From: an uncultured Erysipelotrichaceae bacterium
Lineage (GTDB): Bacteria; Bacillota_I; Bacilli_A; Erysipelotrichales; Erysipelotrichaceae
Assembly (NCBI GenBank): GCA_964457525.1
Contig: CAYWGS010000101.1
Location: forward strand, 1-5,671
Direction: 5' to 3'
DNA: 5,671 nt
A model generated the notes under the pieces. That model ran no database searches. It had not been told where the DNA came from and was given only the letters and a program-made list of their open reading frames with translations. Positions within the stretch are counted from its first letter, which is position 1. Each line of letters opens with the position of its first letter. The translations under genes were made by a program, and so were the position numbers. This document shows positions 5,671 to 5,671 of the stretch, one piece after another.

Positions 5671-5671
5671 T

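Noticed and set aside
1-5671. Search for a novel defence, mobile or accessory system: CRISPR repeats, transposase or integrase, terminal inverted repeats, toxin-antitoxin pairs, unusual large ORFs, and RNA genes.
   Set aside because: Every substantial ORF is confidently assigned to a conserved housekeeping family in a well-known syntenic order. There is no non-coding space to host RNA genes or repeat arrays, and no repeats beyond trivial codon-level duplications were seen. Claiming a new system here would be unsupported.

Overview
The window is AT-rich (roughly one-third G+C by eye, not computed) and almost entirely coding. It holds housekeeping genes of a low-GC Gram-positive or wall-less Firmicute-like organism that uses the standard code, since TGA acts as a stop at two gene junctions. 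There is one + strand gene (27-530), a membrane-anchored protein with a thioredoxin-like fold. It converges on a seven-CDS minus-strand block (5655 down to 527). That block is the conserved Bacillus-type yqeG-yqeM ribosome-assembly/NAD operon: yqeG (HAD phosphatase), yqeH (circularly permuted GTPase), yhbY/yqeI (CRM-domain RNA-binding protein), a fused nadD-yqeK CDS, rsfS, and a yqeM-like SAM methyltransferase. Here the block is extended by mtnN and a DedA/TVP38-family membrane protein. I found no rRNA, tRNA, CRISPR array, transposase, integrase, inverted-repeat termini, toxin-antitoxin pair or recognisable defence genes, and I do not think this window carries a novel system. The points worth a second look are modest. 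They are the NadD-YqeK fusion, an exact extended -10 box placed to give a leaderless yqeG mRNA, the complete lack of intergenic DNA across about 5.1 kb (ATGA and TAATG junctions, an 8-nt and an 11-nt overlap), mtnN sitting directly after the orphan methyltransferase, loss of aroD/aroE from the operon, a thioredoxin-fold protein with C-x6-C instead of CxxC, and convergent stop codons sharing one TTAA with no terminator.
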